DNA of 63,443 nucleotides, filler included, from Sphacelaria rigidula (Eukaryota), in assembly GCA_964200075.2 (NCBI GenBank). It is 11 parts of 11 records of this genome, joined end to end, with 100 filler letters (N's around TTAATTAATTAA, not from the genome) between each part and the next. Parts side by side here need not be neighbours in the genome. Positions count along the whole stretch, not along the records: positions 11,555 to 17,231 come from CAXNAA020025329.1; positions 17,332 to 23,008 come from CAXNAA020025330.1; positions 23,109 to 28,785 come from CAXNAA020025331.1; 8 more parts are not named here. One strand, written 5' to 3'. The notes beneath the pieces were generated by a model. It did not search any database, was not told where the DNA came from, and worked only from the letters and a program-made list of their open reading frames with translations. Shown here piece by piece: positions 11,555 to 24,654 of this stretch (position 1 is its first letter; each line of letters begins with the position of its first letter). Made by a program: the position numbers and the translations under genes.

Positions 11555-13507
11555 GTATCTTCCCTGCAATGGAGGGATGGGACTTCAACCTCATATTTTG
11601 TTTTAACCCCAAAAATTAGGATCGACTGTTAATTGTGGATGAGGGTGAAAGTACAGCACAACAAGAGACTCACGTCGACGCTGTGGCTCGCGACTCTGTA
11701 GGCAGGGAGACCGGTGGTGGTTGGTGATCGTAAAAAACTCTTCTTATACCCAATAGATGCCTGCAAACTGCGGTCGGTGTGTCGAGTGACCTCGGTAGGC
11801 GAGGTACAACAGCTGGGGAAAGCTATTCTGTCAGTACGTCCTCCGGCCCCGCTTACAATCTTGTCACAATACAAAATCACCGTGACGCGCCGTGCCCTCA
11901 GCCAATCAAAGCTGTAGTAGCAGCAGGTACACACGGCTAATCGGGTACAATCTTGTACCCCGCTCCAAGCAGTTGCGTCAAGAACAATCCAAATTCTGCC
12001 TTATACAGACACACATTCGACTCGAATCTTTCCATACCCGCCGGGTGTTTCTGGGGACCATCTGCAAATCCCAAATATGTAGTTTAATTCAGGCACTCAG
12101 TCATTTACAATCACACGATTGCAACAAAACATGGGGCATTATTTGTGCGAGCATAAACGTTTCCCGAGCAAAATGTGTTTACGCAGTACTTGTGTCCATC
12201 GGTTTACTCTCTTTTCCTGATCCTGCTTCACGCAAGGATTGGGGAGGGACAGTTGCTGACGTACCCATGACCACAAGCGCAGAAATGGTTTTGTTGGCTA
12301 CTTAAAGAGGCAGTGATTTCGTGTGGGGTATAGTATGCGTATGTTGCAATGTCTCTCTTAAGCACTGGTATTGTTTTCTGCATTTTTGTGCAGACGGCCT
12401 TCGAGCTGAATATTCCAAGCTGCAGGTAGGTGTAGTTTGCAGGATGTTGCTTTTACGTTCGGAGAATTGATGGTCATGTCATTGACAGTAGACTGATACG
12501 AAGTTTCTGTTGATTCATATACAAGTTATTGAGATCGTGTGACGTGCGCTATGAGGAAGTAGTCAATTCTCGAAAAACAATGATTGCTGGGTTGTTGAAT
12601 CTACAAAATCCAGATCCTCCTCAGTGGATAGTATCTAATTGGAGAGGATTATAGTAGTCGGCATCAGAAGTTTTCAGAATCTGTAGGTGTTGTAGTTCTT
12701 GAGTTTTCCTCGAGTATTATCTTTCATGAGCACTTGAAAGTGCTTGCGCCGGTGATTTAGGGGGAAAGCGTAGGCCGCGCTCAAACTGCAGTGCCCAAGT
12801 TGGTATTTTTGGGATTTTACGGAATAAAGAATCCGTTCATCAGGAGAGTGTTATTCGCTGTTTTTGGTACAGTAAAAGCAGTTTTTCGGCTCTTCCGCAA
12901 CGAAACGGTAAATATTCAGATAAATGAATACGTACACAATTCCTCAAAATAACAATCAAGATTGCGTTTCCCTCCTACACTGCACAGACCTCAGTCTTGC
13001 ATTTTCTGCGGATGGCCTCTTTTTGTTTTTTTCGCATGGCATTTTCCATGGGCACTCGAACGTGCTAGCACGGATAGTTTTGGCAAAATAAGCAGACCGT
13101 GCTCAAATCACAATGCCCAGGTTGGTGTTGTGGTGCGATACCAAGTAAACATAGTTTTCCGGCTGTAGCGCAGTGAGTAGGTAAAATTTCAAAAAAATAA
13201 TCATGTTGAGTCTTCATTTATACGTCGGCCCACCGAAAATACCAAAAAGCTAGAACCTGGGGTTGCACTTTCGCAAGACCCCCGAAGATCGGTCAAGCCC
13301 GTAATTTACTCAATATTTATCGAAAATAATTTTCTTTCAATATTTATCAAGAGGATAAAAATATGTCTAGATGGCCATTTTTTTGTATCCAACAGTCACT
13401 GTGATGAGCGGCGGCAAGCAAAACAAATTGAGCAGTAGATCCTAAAAAATGGGGTTCATGTAAAAGAGTGAGGTTGGAGTGGCATTTCTCTTTTGCAGGG
13501 AAGACAC
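11555..13507. mobile_element. ~1.95-kb non-autonomous DNA transposon with ~78-bp imperfect terminal inverted repeats
   Basis: Left end GTATCTTCCCTGCAATGGAGGGATGGGACTTCAACCTCA...AACCCC...TTAGGATCGACTG. The reverse complement of the right end (13431-13507) reads GTGTCTTCCCTGCAAAAGAGAAATGCCACTCCAACCTCA...AACCCC...TTAGGATCTACTG. Confidence 0.85.
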
Positions 13508-13838
13508 GAAACACTTACGACCGAGCGAAGTCATCTTCTTCCTCAAATGTCCACAGCAGTGAAGCAGCTGTGGCTACATGCACCTAACGAATGCGGTGTA
13601 CACGCGTGCCGATGACGATATCACCAGAGAGAAAAGCAACGACAGAGAGGAAGCTCCTCGCCCGTGTCCTTTGTGTGTCGTCGCTCGGCGATTACACCAA
13701 TCGCTCAAGAAACTGGCATCATCAATGCTATTATACCAGCATGTGCCAATTTTTCCATGTGCCAGAACATCGACAACACTTTCTACGATAGCCTCCCCCG
13801 AAACCAGCCCAAACGTGTCACGAAAAAAATGGCCATAG

Positions 13839-14422
13839 TGTCATGAGGAAGGAAGATAGAGAGGTGTTATTTGTTCCCACAGACAACTTCGGGGCAGGTT
13901 GGCTTACAGATCATCCGATCTGTCCACGGGGGAATGCTCCCATAGCTCTGGGAAGATTGGTGTACAGACTGGTCTACCCTAGCTCGGAAAGATTAGTGTA
14001 CAGACTGACGTACTCTAGCTGAAGAAGAGTAGTATACAGATTGGTGTGCCCTAGTCCCGGGGAGGCGAAACGCCTTCCCGGGCCGAGTTCAAAAATAGGT
14101 TGCTCTATCGTGCCTCATGCACCCCTCGTTCACTTTTGAGCTACCCTTCGAGCCGGACCATCTGCTCCTACTGTTTACCATTGGTGAGAACAGTATGCTG
14201 GGCGATCAAGGGAATAATCATTGAGAGTTAAAAAAGATATCAATCCTCTGAGCTCCTTTTGTTTGTTGCTACTGTGACCAACAGTCACGTGAATCTGCAC
14301 GTGTGCATTTGCAGCTTGTTTTACTCGGACACCTAGTGCGTTTGCGCACCTACTCAAGCTTGCAGCACATTGATCATAGCTAGGAAAGTGTGGAACCTGT
14401 CTATACCCCTCTCTATATCACA
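13839..14422 (+). mobile_element. Putative 5' LTR (TGTCA...CACA), followed by a primer-binding-site candidate TGGCGTTCGAC at 14424-14434
   Basis: TG...CA boundaries with TGG starting 2 nt after the end. A long pyrimidine-rich leader and a gag-like ORF follow. Three ~36-bp tandem repeats lie inside (13952-14055). Confidence 0.6.
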
Positions 14423-16298
14423 CTGGCGTTCGACTAATTGGCCGTGTCTTGCTTGGTTTTTCAGTAGCCCACGCGTATTCTCATAGCCTTGTTGCCTTGT
14501 CTAGCTGTCCCTTTCTGTAGCCCCCCTTTGCTGCTCCTCACTTTTGGTTCATCTGTATTTTGCCCCCCTCAGTCAGTAGCATCCAACAGTCCTTCGTTTT
14601 CGTTCAGCTTTTAGAGTGCTTTTCTTTTCCTGTACTACAGTGCTGCCTCTCTGCATTTATTTCCGTTGCATTTTCGCCGCAGCAGTAACGATTGCAACCT
14701 GCCATTTGTCCCTCTCTTGTTTGGATCGCTCCTTTAGTTGGGCGACATTGTTGCTTTGTTCTGTTGTCACCGTCCTTTTCAACCCTGCCAACGTTGTGTC
14801 AACTGGGTTGTTGTAAAACCTCTACGAACAGTTGACACTCTCCCTTACTGAACCGTTACAGAACACGCCGCTTCTCTCTTACGGTGACATCGACTGTACC
14901 TTTTCTCCTTGCGGACGTTACCACTTGTGTGCCGCTGCTGTTCTCATAGTGTGGTGTCCTTTTACTCTTGACAGTGACTACTTTAGTGTATTCATACTTT
15001 TTCGGCGCGACATTTGCGTAGCCACAACTACCGCAGGACGGTTGTGGTAGTCGCGACTGCCGCTCCAGCGTGCAGAGTACTGTCGCGCACACCATTTGTT
15101 CTTTCGCGCGATAATCTGCACCAACCTAATTGATACATTCGGTGTTGTCATCTTTCGTCGCACCTCTCATCAGATTTCTATCACACCTCCGCCCCGCTAC
15201 CGCATTTTTCGCTGGGTGAGCACTACGTGGTCAACTTTTCACCTTTGGGTCGTGCATTCCCCGACGCGCTCTTCATTTTTTGTGCGAGTACTGGTGAATA
15301 CATATGTTTTTTTATCTTTCGCGCGGGTACTACATTTTCATTTTTTTCTTTCTTTTCCTTTTAGCCTTGGACAGCGTGTTCCACTTTTTCCCCTTTGGTG
15401 CTCCACCACCTGGATCCCTTTACGATTCCCTGAATTCTTGTTCGAAATTTTTCGCATTCCCCTGTAGTCTTTTCAGCTTGGCACCTGACCTGCACCAACA
15501 ACTCGTGTTTCAGTCAACTGCTACAGCTGTCTTCTCTTGGACCCCTGCACTTGAGTTCTTTGTTTCGCACTCTCGTTGCCGCACTTTTGATTCTCTTTTT
15601 GTCTTGACTTTCACAGATATTCACACATCGCCCCCCTTTTTAGCAACTTATTCTACGCTAGTATTGGTGCCTCCTTCCGCGGTCTCGAGTGGTGTTTTTC
15701 TCCACCTCCTGTGTGCGGTATTTTACTTGCACCACTGCAATACCCTTCTCCAGCGTGTGCATGACCACTACGTATACCTGTCATCTTTGCTATGCACGTG
15801 CACAGCGCGCCCGTAGGACATTCTCCCGGGTGTCTGTCCCCTTTCACAGTCGCCTCATTGTTAGGTTTTACTCTCGCACCAAACCCCTCGTGTGACCACT
15901 ATTCGATTTGTCTGGGTTTATCTGTGAGTTTGTTCCCTTGCGACTATTTACGCCTTTGGTACACCCTCCGTGCGCCCCCCCCTACTCCCCCATATACAGT
16001 TTTCCCTAGAGGTGTCTTCTTTCCGCCGCAGATTCCCCCTTTTCGGCGCTTAATAATCTCCACCTTTTTGCTTTGCTGTCTGCCTTTTGGTACTTGGAAT
16101 TGCCGTGATTACGCTGATTATTATTATCACAGCAGTCTACTCTAGTTTGGTGTAACTGCGTTTCTGTAGTCTTTACTGCTTAATTTTTCGTTTTTTCGGT
16201 ACTTACAATCTCCTGCCGAGTCCACACTACCTGCTATTATCATACCAGAACCTTTGTACTCTGGTGTCTGACGTCTATTTCTACCTCTTCACTTTAAT

Positions 16299-17231
16299 AT
16301 GGCGCAACCGCAGAAAATAAATTTCCCCTCGATCTTGCCTACTTACGAATCTTTACGCCGTCAGCGTTTGCTTTCATCAATTCCTTCAAAACCAAAACCC
16401 TTCACTATTACTTCCCCTGCACACGAAGAAGTGAAATCCGACAGAGCTTCGACTCGCAGCTCTGGTGACTACACGTCTCAAGACTTGGCTGCTACTGGTG
16501 CCCACGATCGCCATCTACCCAAGCCTTCCAACATTATCGATGAGACGCTCTGCGCTCGCTCTGTTGCGAAGCGAACACCGTTCAAGACTCCCGGCATTAT
16601 CGACGAGTCGCTCCGCGCTCGCTCTGTCGCGGATCGTTCATTTCTGTTCACCGCACCTGGCGCCGACCATCCTCCTCGCATCTTGGCCGCTCCGCAGCGC
16701 CTTCCACAGGGCACTTGCCTTTAGTAACGGCTCTTGAGCACTTGCTTCGTTCATCACCGGCTGTCATTTCTGAAGGTCCGGCGACAACTGTCCTTTCACA
16801 AGCGCTTGCGGCCGCGTTTCACACAGCCGTTGAACATTCAACGCCTTCTGACCATGTTTGCTTTGACAGTAATATGAACCATCAAGCTTCTGCACCACTG
16901 GCTGCAGACTCTGATGATGTACGTTCAACCTCAGATGTTGTTTCTGATTTTGATTTGGATCATGACGACCTTGTTCACCACGGTGATACCACTACTCATG
17001 CCCATGATGTACGTGTTCTGTTATCGGGACTATCTTCAACCACGGGATCCTCACGGCCTAAATCTGTCGATCAGACATATGTAAGCTCACGACTACCCGT
17101 TGATGCTTCGTTGGCTAATATTCACGCACCTTTGCGCAGCGGACACAGCACTCACCGTGCCCTTCCGCCCCATCCTGATGCTGCCACTGTGCGTGCTGTC
17201 GAACGACAAATTGCAGATCTTCGTCGCTACT
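16299..17231 (+). pseudogene. Probable LTR-retrotransposon gag N-terminal region, frameshifted near 16720 and truncated by the contig end
   Basis: The ATG at 16299 lies downstream of the LTR/PBS. Two overlapping ORFs (16299-16724, 16715-17231) include an internal 66-bp coding repeat (IIDE.L.ARSVA). No diagnostic gag motif is visible. Confidence 0.45.
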
Positions 17232-18586
17232 NNNNNNNNNNNNNNNNNNNNNNNNNNNNNNNNNNNNNNNNNNNNTTAATTAATTAANNNNNNNNNNNNN
17301 NNNNNNNNNNNNNNNNNNNNNNNNNNNNNNNCGTGGTCAATGGTCAAACGACTAAGGCAAGCAACAAATGAGTACGCCCCCCCATTACTGGGTCCTGCAC
17401 AACACTGTGGCTGAAAACTCACACACGTGGCGGTGTAATTATGAAAAAAAAAAGAAGCGAAGACGAAATGTTACCCATGTATCAGGTCTGAATTATGTAC
17501 TGCTTCGTATGTACATATTCCCAGGAGTTTTAGAAAATTCTGCTAGCGAGCGGATCCTTGGCCAGATGTTGGTTTCTTGCAAGGCAAGGTCACGCGTTGT
17601 AAGAAGGTCATTCTCTAGTCACCTGTAGGTGGGAACTTGGGACACGCTGTTTCGTTTGCGGCGTGTTTCGCTAGAGTCAATCAAAAGAGCGCTGTAGTTT
17701 GAACACTCACTGCAGCACTGGTCAGGAACAGTAGTAGCGAAAAGTTAATGATTCCCAGACAGCTAGTGTTTCTGTGATTCCGTTTCTCTTACTTTCTTCT
17801 CAATGTGGCGTGTTGAGTAGCTGTCTAGTATGCAGTGTGATGGCGAATTTTCCGTATTGTGCATTGGGCTGTGGGCTCTTCCTGTTCATGGAGGGTGGTT
17901 GGGGTAGAGGTGCTTGTGCGTCTCTGTGTGTTATCTCGCGTTATTTTTTTTCCCCCCCACGTGACTTCTTTTTTCTTGTTGGCCCATGGTGTGTGTATGT
18001 GTGTGTAACAACGTTTTCGTGAGATTGAGAATAGAGCGCTGGTTGAGAGTGGCTTTGATCATTCGCTTAAACTTGACCAATTCTTCATTCCTTGTGTGCT
18101 TTCCTTTGCCTCTATCACTGACGTATGCTTACAGCTACACATCGATATCCTACACAGGGGTATCAAGGGTCTCGGTGGCAAGCTACTACAGAAAGGATAT
18201 TGGGCCTCGTGGAGGGGCAATTCGGAACTGAAACGATTCATTCACTAATTGACCGCTTTTCACTCCCAATCGTATCCTCTACTCTATATCTCACGCAAAA
18301 CATTTTTGTGTGCATTTTGGGCTAGATTGGCTTCATTTTGATCGTCCATAAAGCCTCCGTCGCTACTTCCATGGTTCGCTGCAGCGAATGTGTCACGTGA
18401 TTTTTTCGCTGCGTCGCTTCCTCGGGAGACACGTTATTTGCAGTGTTCCTTCTTCTCTTCAACTCGAAACCTCACGCATACAGAGGCAGATCTCAGATGT
18501 GCATAACCACGTCTAGTTATGGTCTATCTCTTCGTGAGACCCCACTCATGAACAGGGCACGCTTCTGCAGAATCAATCGATCAACT

Positions 18587-18784
18587 TGTGAGCGAGGCCG
18601 TGTATTCTCGAAAAAAGCGGTATCGAGAACGTGCGTCGGAGAATAAATTGTTCGCAGAGATGATAACGTCCACGTCATCTATTTTCTCAGATGGTTGAGA
18701 ACATCAGCGACGTGGACGTATCAGATACGAACAATTTCTCTTCCGCCGCATGTTTTCGATAATAAAAAAAAATGACGACTCACA
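18587..18784. mobile_element. Palindromic MITE-like hairpin (~200 bp)
   Basis: TATCGAGAACGTGCGTCGGAGAATAAATTGTTCG...ACGTCCACGTC pairs with GACGTGGACGT...CGAACAATTTCTCTTCCGCCGCATGTTTTCGATA. Confidence 0.75.
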
Positions 18785-20814
18785 GCCTGACAGTCGTTGT
18801 GTAGTGGATTACTGATACGCTTTTTCTATGCTGCGCAGTTCAGTGCACATGTCCATTCCCATGTGCGATGGTTTAATTCGTGTTGGCTGTTCCACCAAGA
18901 TGTTCTGATTGGCTATTCCGGCCTTGCGTTCTTCAGGTGGGATCAAGTCACTGGCAACTCTTTTGTTTTTGCTGTTACGGGCTTGATTTATGTTGATTGA
19001 TCGGCCGGTACAGGTGCGCATCTATTTACAGTGCACGCACGCCTCGCCAGTGCTCGTCGTGCCTTTTTGTGTGGTGTGTTGTTGGTTGTACGCATTTTGT
19101 CCGCTCTGACATTATTCGCGGCTATGCATGGCATGTGTGCTTGTGAGTAGTGCGGTGCAGAAAATGTTGGGTGCGTTAATTTCTTTGTGTGAATCATTAA
19201 AATCGTCAACTTGTGCTCAGACCCGGCCCTCCCTCCCCTCTCCCCCGGCAGAATAAAGGAGGACCTTAAAAAATCAATTCCGTCATGGATAGAGAGGTGT
19301 AAAGTTCCACACCGGTGAAACCTTCCGGTTTGCTCTGATGACTTTGGTGGTGAAAGTATTTCGCGTTTTTGTGCATCCCTTTTTCTGCTTTTCAATGCAT
19401 TTTTATTTTACATTTTTCACTTCGACTCTTGTTAAGAAGGGAATGCTCGTATACCGTGACGCGCTGCCACAGGGGAGTACAACGCTGTAGTGCACAAGCG
19501 CGCTGGCACGGTGTTGGCAACACTGAAACGCTAGCGCGCGTGCTGCTCGAAAATAACGCGCTCCACCAGTATAATTGAATTCAGTGCGATTTATTGAATT
19601 CAATGCAGAGGTTTCCCCTTCGGGTGTGGAGTGTGTACTGTGTACCAACCGCGGCGTGACGCCTGCGGCGTTACTACTCGCTCACTGCACAGCGGCAGGG
19701 TGCAGGGTGGCAAATCACATAATAAAACGTCGCGTCCTTAGCGTGTCCCTGTCCCGCACTGATTTCGCGTTGTCCTATGCAGTTCGCTACATCATGAGTG
19801 CAGCCGTTGTACCGCGGTCAACGTGTACGCAGGATGTAAAGCTCCTCGCCACGCGCTATATTGCTACATTGCTACGTCACACTTTGTCAAGCTGTCCGTA
19901 TTACAGCTACAACGTGCGTTTGCCCCAGGAGGCGCGCGCAGGAGTGAAAGGCCGCCTCCACCGCTGTAATGACTGCCTGTATCTTGGGCGAAGCTGTATG
20001 GTAACACAGCCGCGGCTGGTGCGCCCACATATACCGAAAGGTGGGGACCGGCGCCCAGAATATATGGGACAACACACAGCACACTCCGCGTTGCGCAGTA
20101 CACTTGTTTTGTCCACGGTGGGGTGCATTTCCATACATAATGCAGGGTCTGGTTCATCTCGACCTATAATGAAACGGAGGGTCTGGTACGTTTCCACCTG
20201 TACACAGGTATGTTATGTTGCTCGATGACATCGAGAAAAATCCGCTGGGCGAACTGCAGGTGAGGTAATCGCCGAAATATTCACCTGCAAGCTCTGCTCC
20301 AGTTCACTGTAAGTTGATATCGCTAGAAGGACACTACCATAACCACCTTGCCGACTGCCAGACTGTCACAGACTGTCAGGACTTAGGATCCGCTAGCATT
20401 GCTACTGTCTGTACGGGGGTGTTGTCCCCTTGTCAGGTGCGTTTTGGAGCATGATACTCGATGTAGATCATCCTTGTACATGGGCACCAAACGCTGAGAG
20501 TTCTTACTCAAGACTTCGATTTTGAGGATAATACCAGGTGGATAGCGGCAACTGCTGTTTGTCCAGGTTCCCCTTGGAGCAGGATGCGTTTGGTGTCCGT
20601 TTGACGAAGTGATCTCCAAAAAAACGAAATCGATAGGGGTTTTAGAGTAGGAAAATCTAGCAAAAAAGCGATCGCAAGAATCCTGACGCAAAAACGGAGT
20701 CGCAAAAAACCACTTGGTCGAATTTTTACCCGCAGCAAAAGCCAATTTCACGAAGTGAAAATGGAATTGGAATATTTGGTCGGCCGCAATAGATTCCGGT
20801 GTAGGGCCACAACA

Positions 20815-20885
20815 GACTGTTGTACCGAAGATGTTGAACAACAGCGGGGACGATACGCAACCTTGTTCTAGTCCCTGGCATGACT
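20815..20885 (-). pseudogene. LINE (RTE-like) reverse transcriptase fragment
   Basis: The translation CQGLEQGCVSSPLLFNIF matches the non-LTR RT motif GL(R)QGC.LSPLLFNI. Confidence 0.7.
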
Positions 20886-23648
20886 CTCTGGCTTGGGTCA
20901 TGGCTATGTTGTGACAACGGCTGTCAGTGAATGTGCGACAATCAATCAATCAATCAATCTTCATGCTGCTGTGCAAAGAGAAACCGCAAGCAACGATACA
21001 TTTCTATCGTCCATCGGGAACACAGAAACCCCGTCAAGGACTCTTTCCTGTCGTCAGGATTAGAAGCACCCGAGGAAATCAGCTCAAACTGCTGTTGAAG
21101 CACCGGCTTGACTACCTGGCCGCGAGGTGGGTATCGTGAACAGACACTGGCAGCAAGAGGAGGACCACCCATGTTCACAAGTTCTACGTCAAAGACTTGA
21201 AGATCGAGGCTACATTGAGTCGTTCCACGACAGATGGTGGGGCACCAGGGGAAGTTACGACTTACGCGTCCCCAGGGGACTGAGAAATGGACACACCCGC
21301 TCTCCTCGTCCCTTGCATCTATCATTGGTGTATCCTCGGTTCAAAGGAGAATAAACGGATCGCAACGACTTCACATCGAAACCTGAGAATTATACCCGAC
21401 CATCCCCGGGTCACCTTACTTCGCGGAACACATGGAAGCATCGCCAATATCACCAAGAATCCTCTATTGGTGGATGGCGGCTTGTCCGGTCGCATCGTCC
21501 GAGGTTTTCGAGTGCTGGAGCACAAAACTGAACTGCTACCACACCACTCGTCACGTCGTGTCTTTCGTGTTTCCTGCTTTTGCGCTTGCAGGACGGCTTG
21601 ACGCAGTGGGACTTCAACTCTCCTCAGCCGTCTTTAAGGAACACCATCGCTCTTCTTGATGTTCACCTCGAAAAACGGGGTCCATACTGCGCAACCCGGG
21701 ACAGTACTGTAGGTGTAGGTATAGGTATAGTACCAAAAATGAACATAATCTCACCACCGCCCGGTTTTATTCAGGAGATAGCATACAGCGCACGGTGTAT
21801 GCGGACGCTTTTGGAAACGAAAACTGTTCATTCAAACAGTACACACCGAGGACGCAAGGGCATGTTTCAGGGGCGGGGTGACGTTTATTATCTCTAGCAT
21901 CCGTATGAAGGAAGGCTGCTAAAATAGCCGTCGTAGTTCTTTCGCAAAAGTGATTTCGACACATTTTGTAATAATATAATTTGACCGAACAGACCAACAC
22001 CGTTCGGTATTGATGGTCCTGCACACGAGGACACAATATCATCCGCAACACCACAAGTAGGCACAATAACCCATCGGCGTTGCCGTGTACTGTACAAGTT
22101 CTACCGCTCGCGCGGGCTACCGAACGCGAGTCACCGGAAAGAACGTTCTACAAACGAAGAAACGTTACGATGCGACACGACCTCCCGACATCTTAGCACG
22201 GCCGGGTGACGAAATAATCGCCTTTGAGTGACGGCCGTACGCCATCCATCTGGGCCGCTCCCGCAAGAAAGTTGGGTAACTCGCTTGCCGTTTTGATCGG
22301 CACGGTCGTTGACGGCCTAGTATGCCGGAAATATCATGAGTCTCCCTTTAGCCAACCCTGCTTTGCTGCAAACCCGAACATGTCAGCCACAGCATCCCTC
22401 TCCTGCAGAGGTTGGGCAGAAAGCATCCCCCGGCCCGCCCCCACCAAGACGAAACACAAACAAAACGGACCACGAGAGCAGGCTGGTTGAGGCTTGGGAC
22501 GTGAAGGAGTTGGAAAAAGACGACGAAAGAGTTGATACAACCGATCATCCACGTATCCAGCCGCGGTAACAATATGAGACCGATGACAGTTACTATTGCG
22601 TGTGCTTCATCGCTACAACGTATGCGAAGAGGGACGGCAATCCGCGGAGTGACGCCGTAGTTGGGGCGGAACGTTTCACCATGGGGGTGGATTCAATGTA
22701 ACGATAGAGTGGTGGCGCAATAGCCCCCCACCTCCCGCAGAAACGTGGCTGGTATGAGGAGGCAAACATTGTTTGCGAATCAAAATGACAAAAGCCAAGC
22801 ACACGGAGCAGCTAGGAAGTCCCGAGCTTGGGAGATCGTTTGCCAATGTCACCCATATGAGGCACTGCACGCAGTCTGAAACCACTCATGATGCGCTATA
22901 TGGCCCCTTTCTTAGCGACAGTTTGGGGGACTAGTTTGGGGGGGCGTACTCATTTGTTGCTTGCCTTAGTCGTTTGACCATTGACCACGCATCCCTTTCG
23001 AGACGGAGNNNNNNNNNNNNNNNNNNNNNNNNNNNNNNNNNNNNNNNNNNNNTTAATTAATTAANNNNNNNNNNNNNNNNNNNNNNNNNNNNNNNNNNNN
23101 NNNNNNNNGTCTCGCGGATTGAATCATGACCAACACTCCCGCACAGCGTTTACCCTCGCCAAACGAACACAACAGAACAAGCTCTTCCTGCGTCTCACGT
23201 CCTCACGCCTTGCAACGACGGAATTTCAGATATGACTACTCCGAAGAAAGAAAAACACAGCATCTGGCTGGAATTGAACCCGTACTCTTTCTACCCTAAT
23301 GACGTTAGGTAGACCATCCAACCGTCGGCGCTCTGCAGCATCTTGTGATCCCTGCTATGTTTTTTTTTGCTTTTCACCTATTTCATGCTTTCGTCATCGT
23401 CCGCACTCGTAAGGTTTGCGATACAAGCGAGAAACTTCCCACGTCTATGATTGCGCTTGTGTTCCACTTATCACAAGCGTGAGGCATCTGTTCATCTCTA
23501 AGTGGGCTATTTCGTGAGCAGCCGGCAACACCACACAGCAAAAACGATGCCATCAAACGAACACAGACCCGGTGGCAGCATGCGAAGCACACAACGGGCA
23601 CAAATACCCCGAATCTTCATCACCTATACAAACGAGTGTGAATCTCAC

Positions 23649-24654
23649 CTGAACATCGGATACAAGGCCGGGCCAAGAGGTGCCGGCAGTCGCGGCATAT
23701 CCCCGAGGATGGGCGCTATAACGCTCAGTCCATCCTGCTCCAACGTCGCGCAAGTGACACACGAGAGAGTCGCCTTTACCCTTGGGGCCCGGACGCCGAC
23801 GTACACACAATGTTAGTGTTTTAACGGATAATACGCACTTAGCCATGACAGCGTCCCGAGTATGGAGGTTGTTGGCACTCTCTATCTGGGCACCGAGTGT
23901 TATGTGTAACAGGGCAAGGCACGACGCATCAATCTATATGCCGTTGATGTGTTGTGATATTTTTGCCCGATGGATTCTGGGTTGACTTCCAAATCCAAGG
24001 AAACGGGCGGAAAACGACCCGCCCTCCTTTACTGCCCATCCCCATTTACTTCTATTTGCATGCAGGGAAGCCAACGTGGCTGGGGTTTCTCCCCCCCACT
24101 CCCCCCCCGGGGGGTCAGGAACGGACGTGCCATTGTCATTTCAACCTAGGAGGGTGTTCATGTCTCACATGATCCGTTTCGCCGTTCTGATATTGTGCCT
24201 CTTCGGGGATAGACGAAACACTCCTACCGCTAGTATTTCACCAACGCTACGCGGTTCGTTAGCACCGACAAGGTCATTGTCGGTGAAGATAGAGACACTC
24301 ACAGGATGTCGGATCAGTGTAGCATCTCTCAGTTGATCATCGCGGAGGGAAAGTCCATATCAGTAGAGTACCGAACATACCTGGAACGGAACACTGCGAT
24401 GACACCCACGACAGGATCACCCCCCTGGCGCAGGGGTTGTTGTGTAATGGTGGCAACGCCAAGGGCGTGGCTCAACGCATCGACTGCAACAGGCGATGCT
24501 AAGAAAAACTTATCACAGGGGTCGCACCTTAGTGTGGAGTGCTGATCTCACGTATGGCGTGAATATCCTTCGGCTATCCAGCCCTAGCTCGTCCGTTATC
24601 AAGCGGTCGATGTTTCGGTAGGATCTCCAAAAGCCGTGAATTCCCACCTCTACC
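23649..24654 (-). CDS. FAD-dependent oxidoreductase (carotenoid-desaturase/amine-oxidase-like, cyanobacterial type); exons 24654-24528 and 23734-23649
   Basis: The spliced product is VEVGIHGFWRSYRNIDRLITDELGLDSRRIFTPYVRSALHTK|DGLSVIAPILGDMPRLPAPLGPALYPMF. It resembles the cyanobacterial/plant family segment VEAGIHGFW..Y.NI..L..ELG...FT..TRSA.YSP.GL.V.SPI....PRLP.PLG. Both exons have canonical AG/GT boundaries and join in phase. Confidence 0.8.

Noticed and set aside
13952..14055. ~36-bp repeats as a CRISPR array
   Set aside because: They are head-to-tail degenerate repeats with no unique spacers and no cas genes, in a eukaryotic LTR context.
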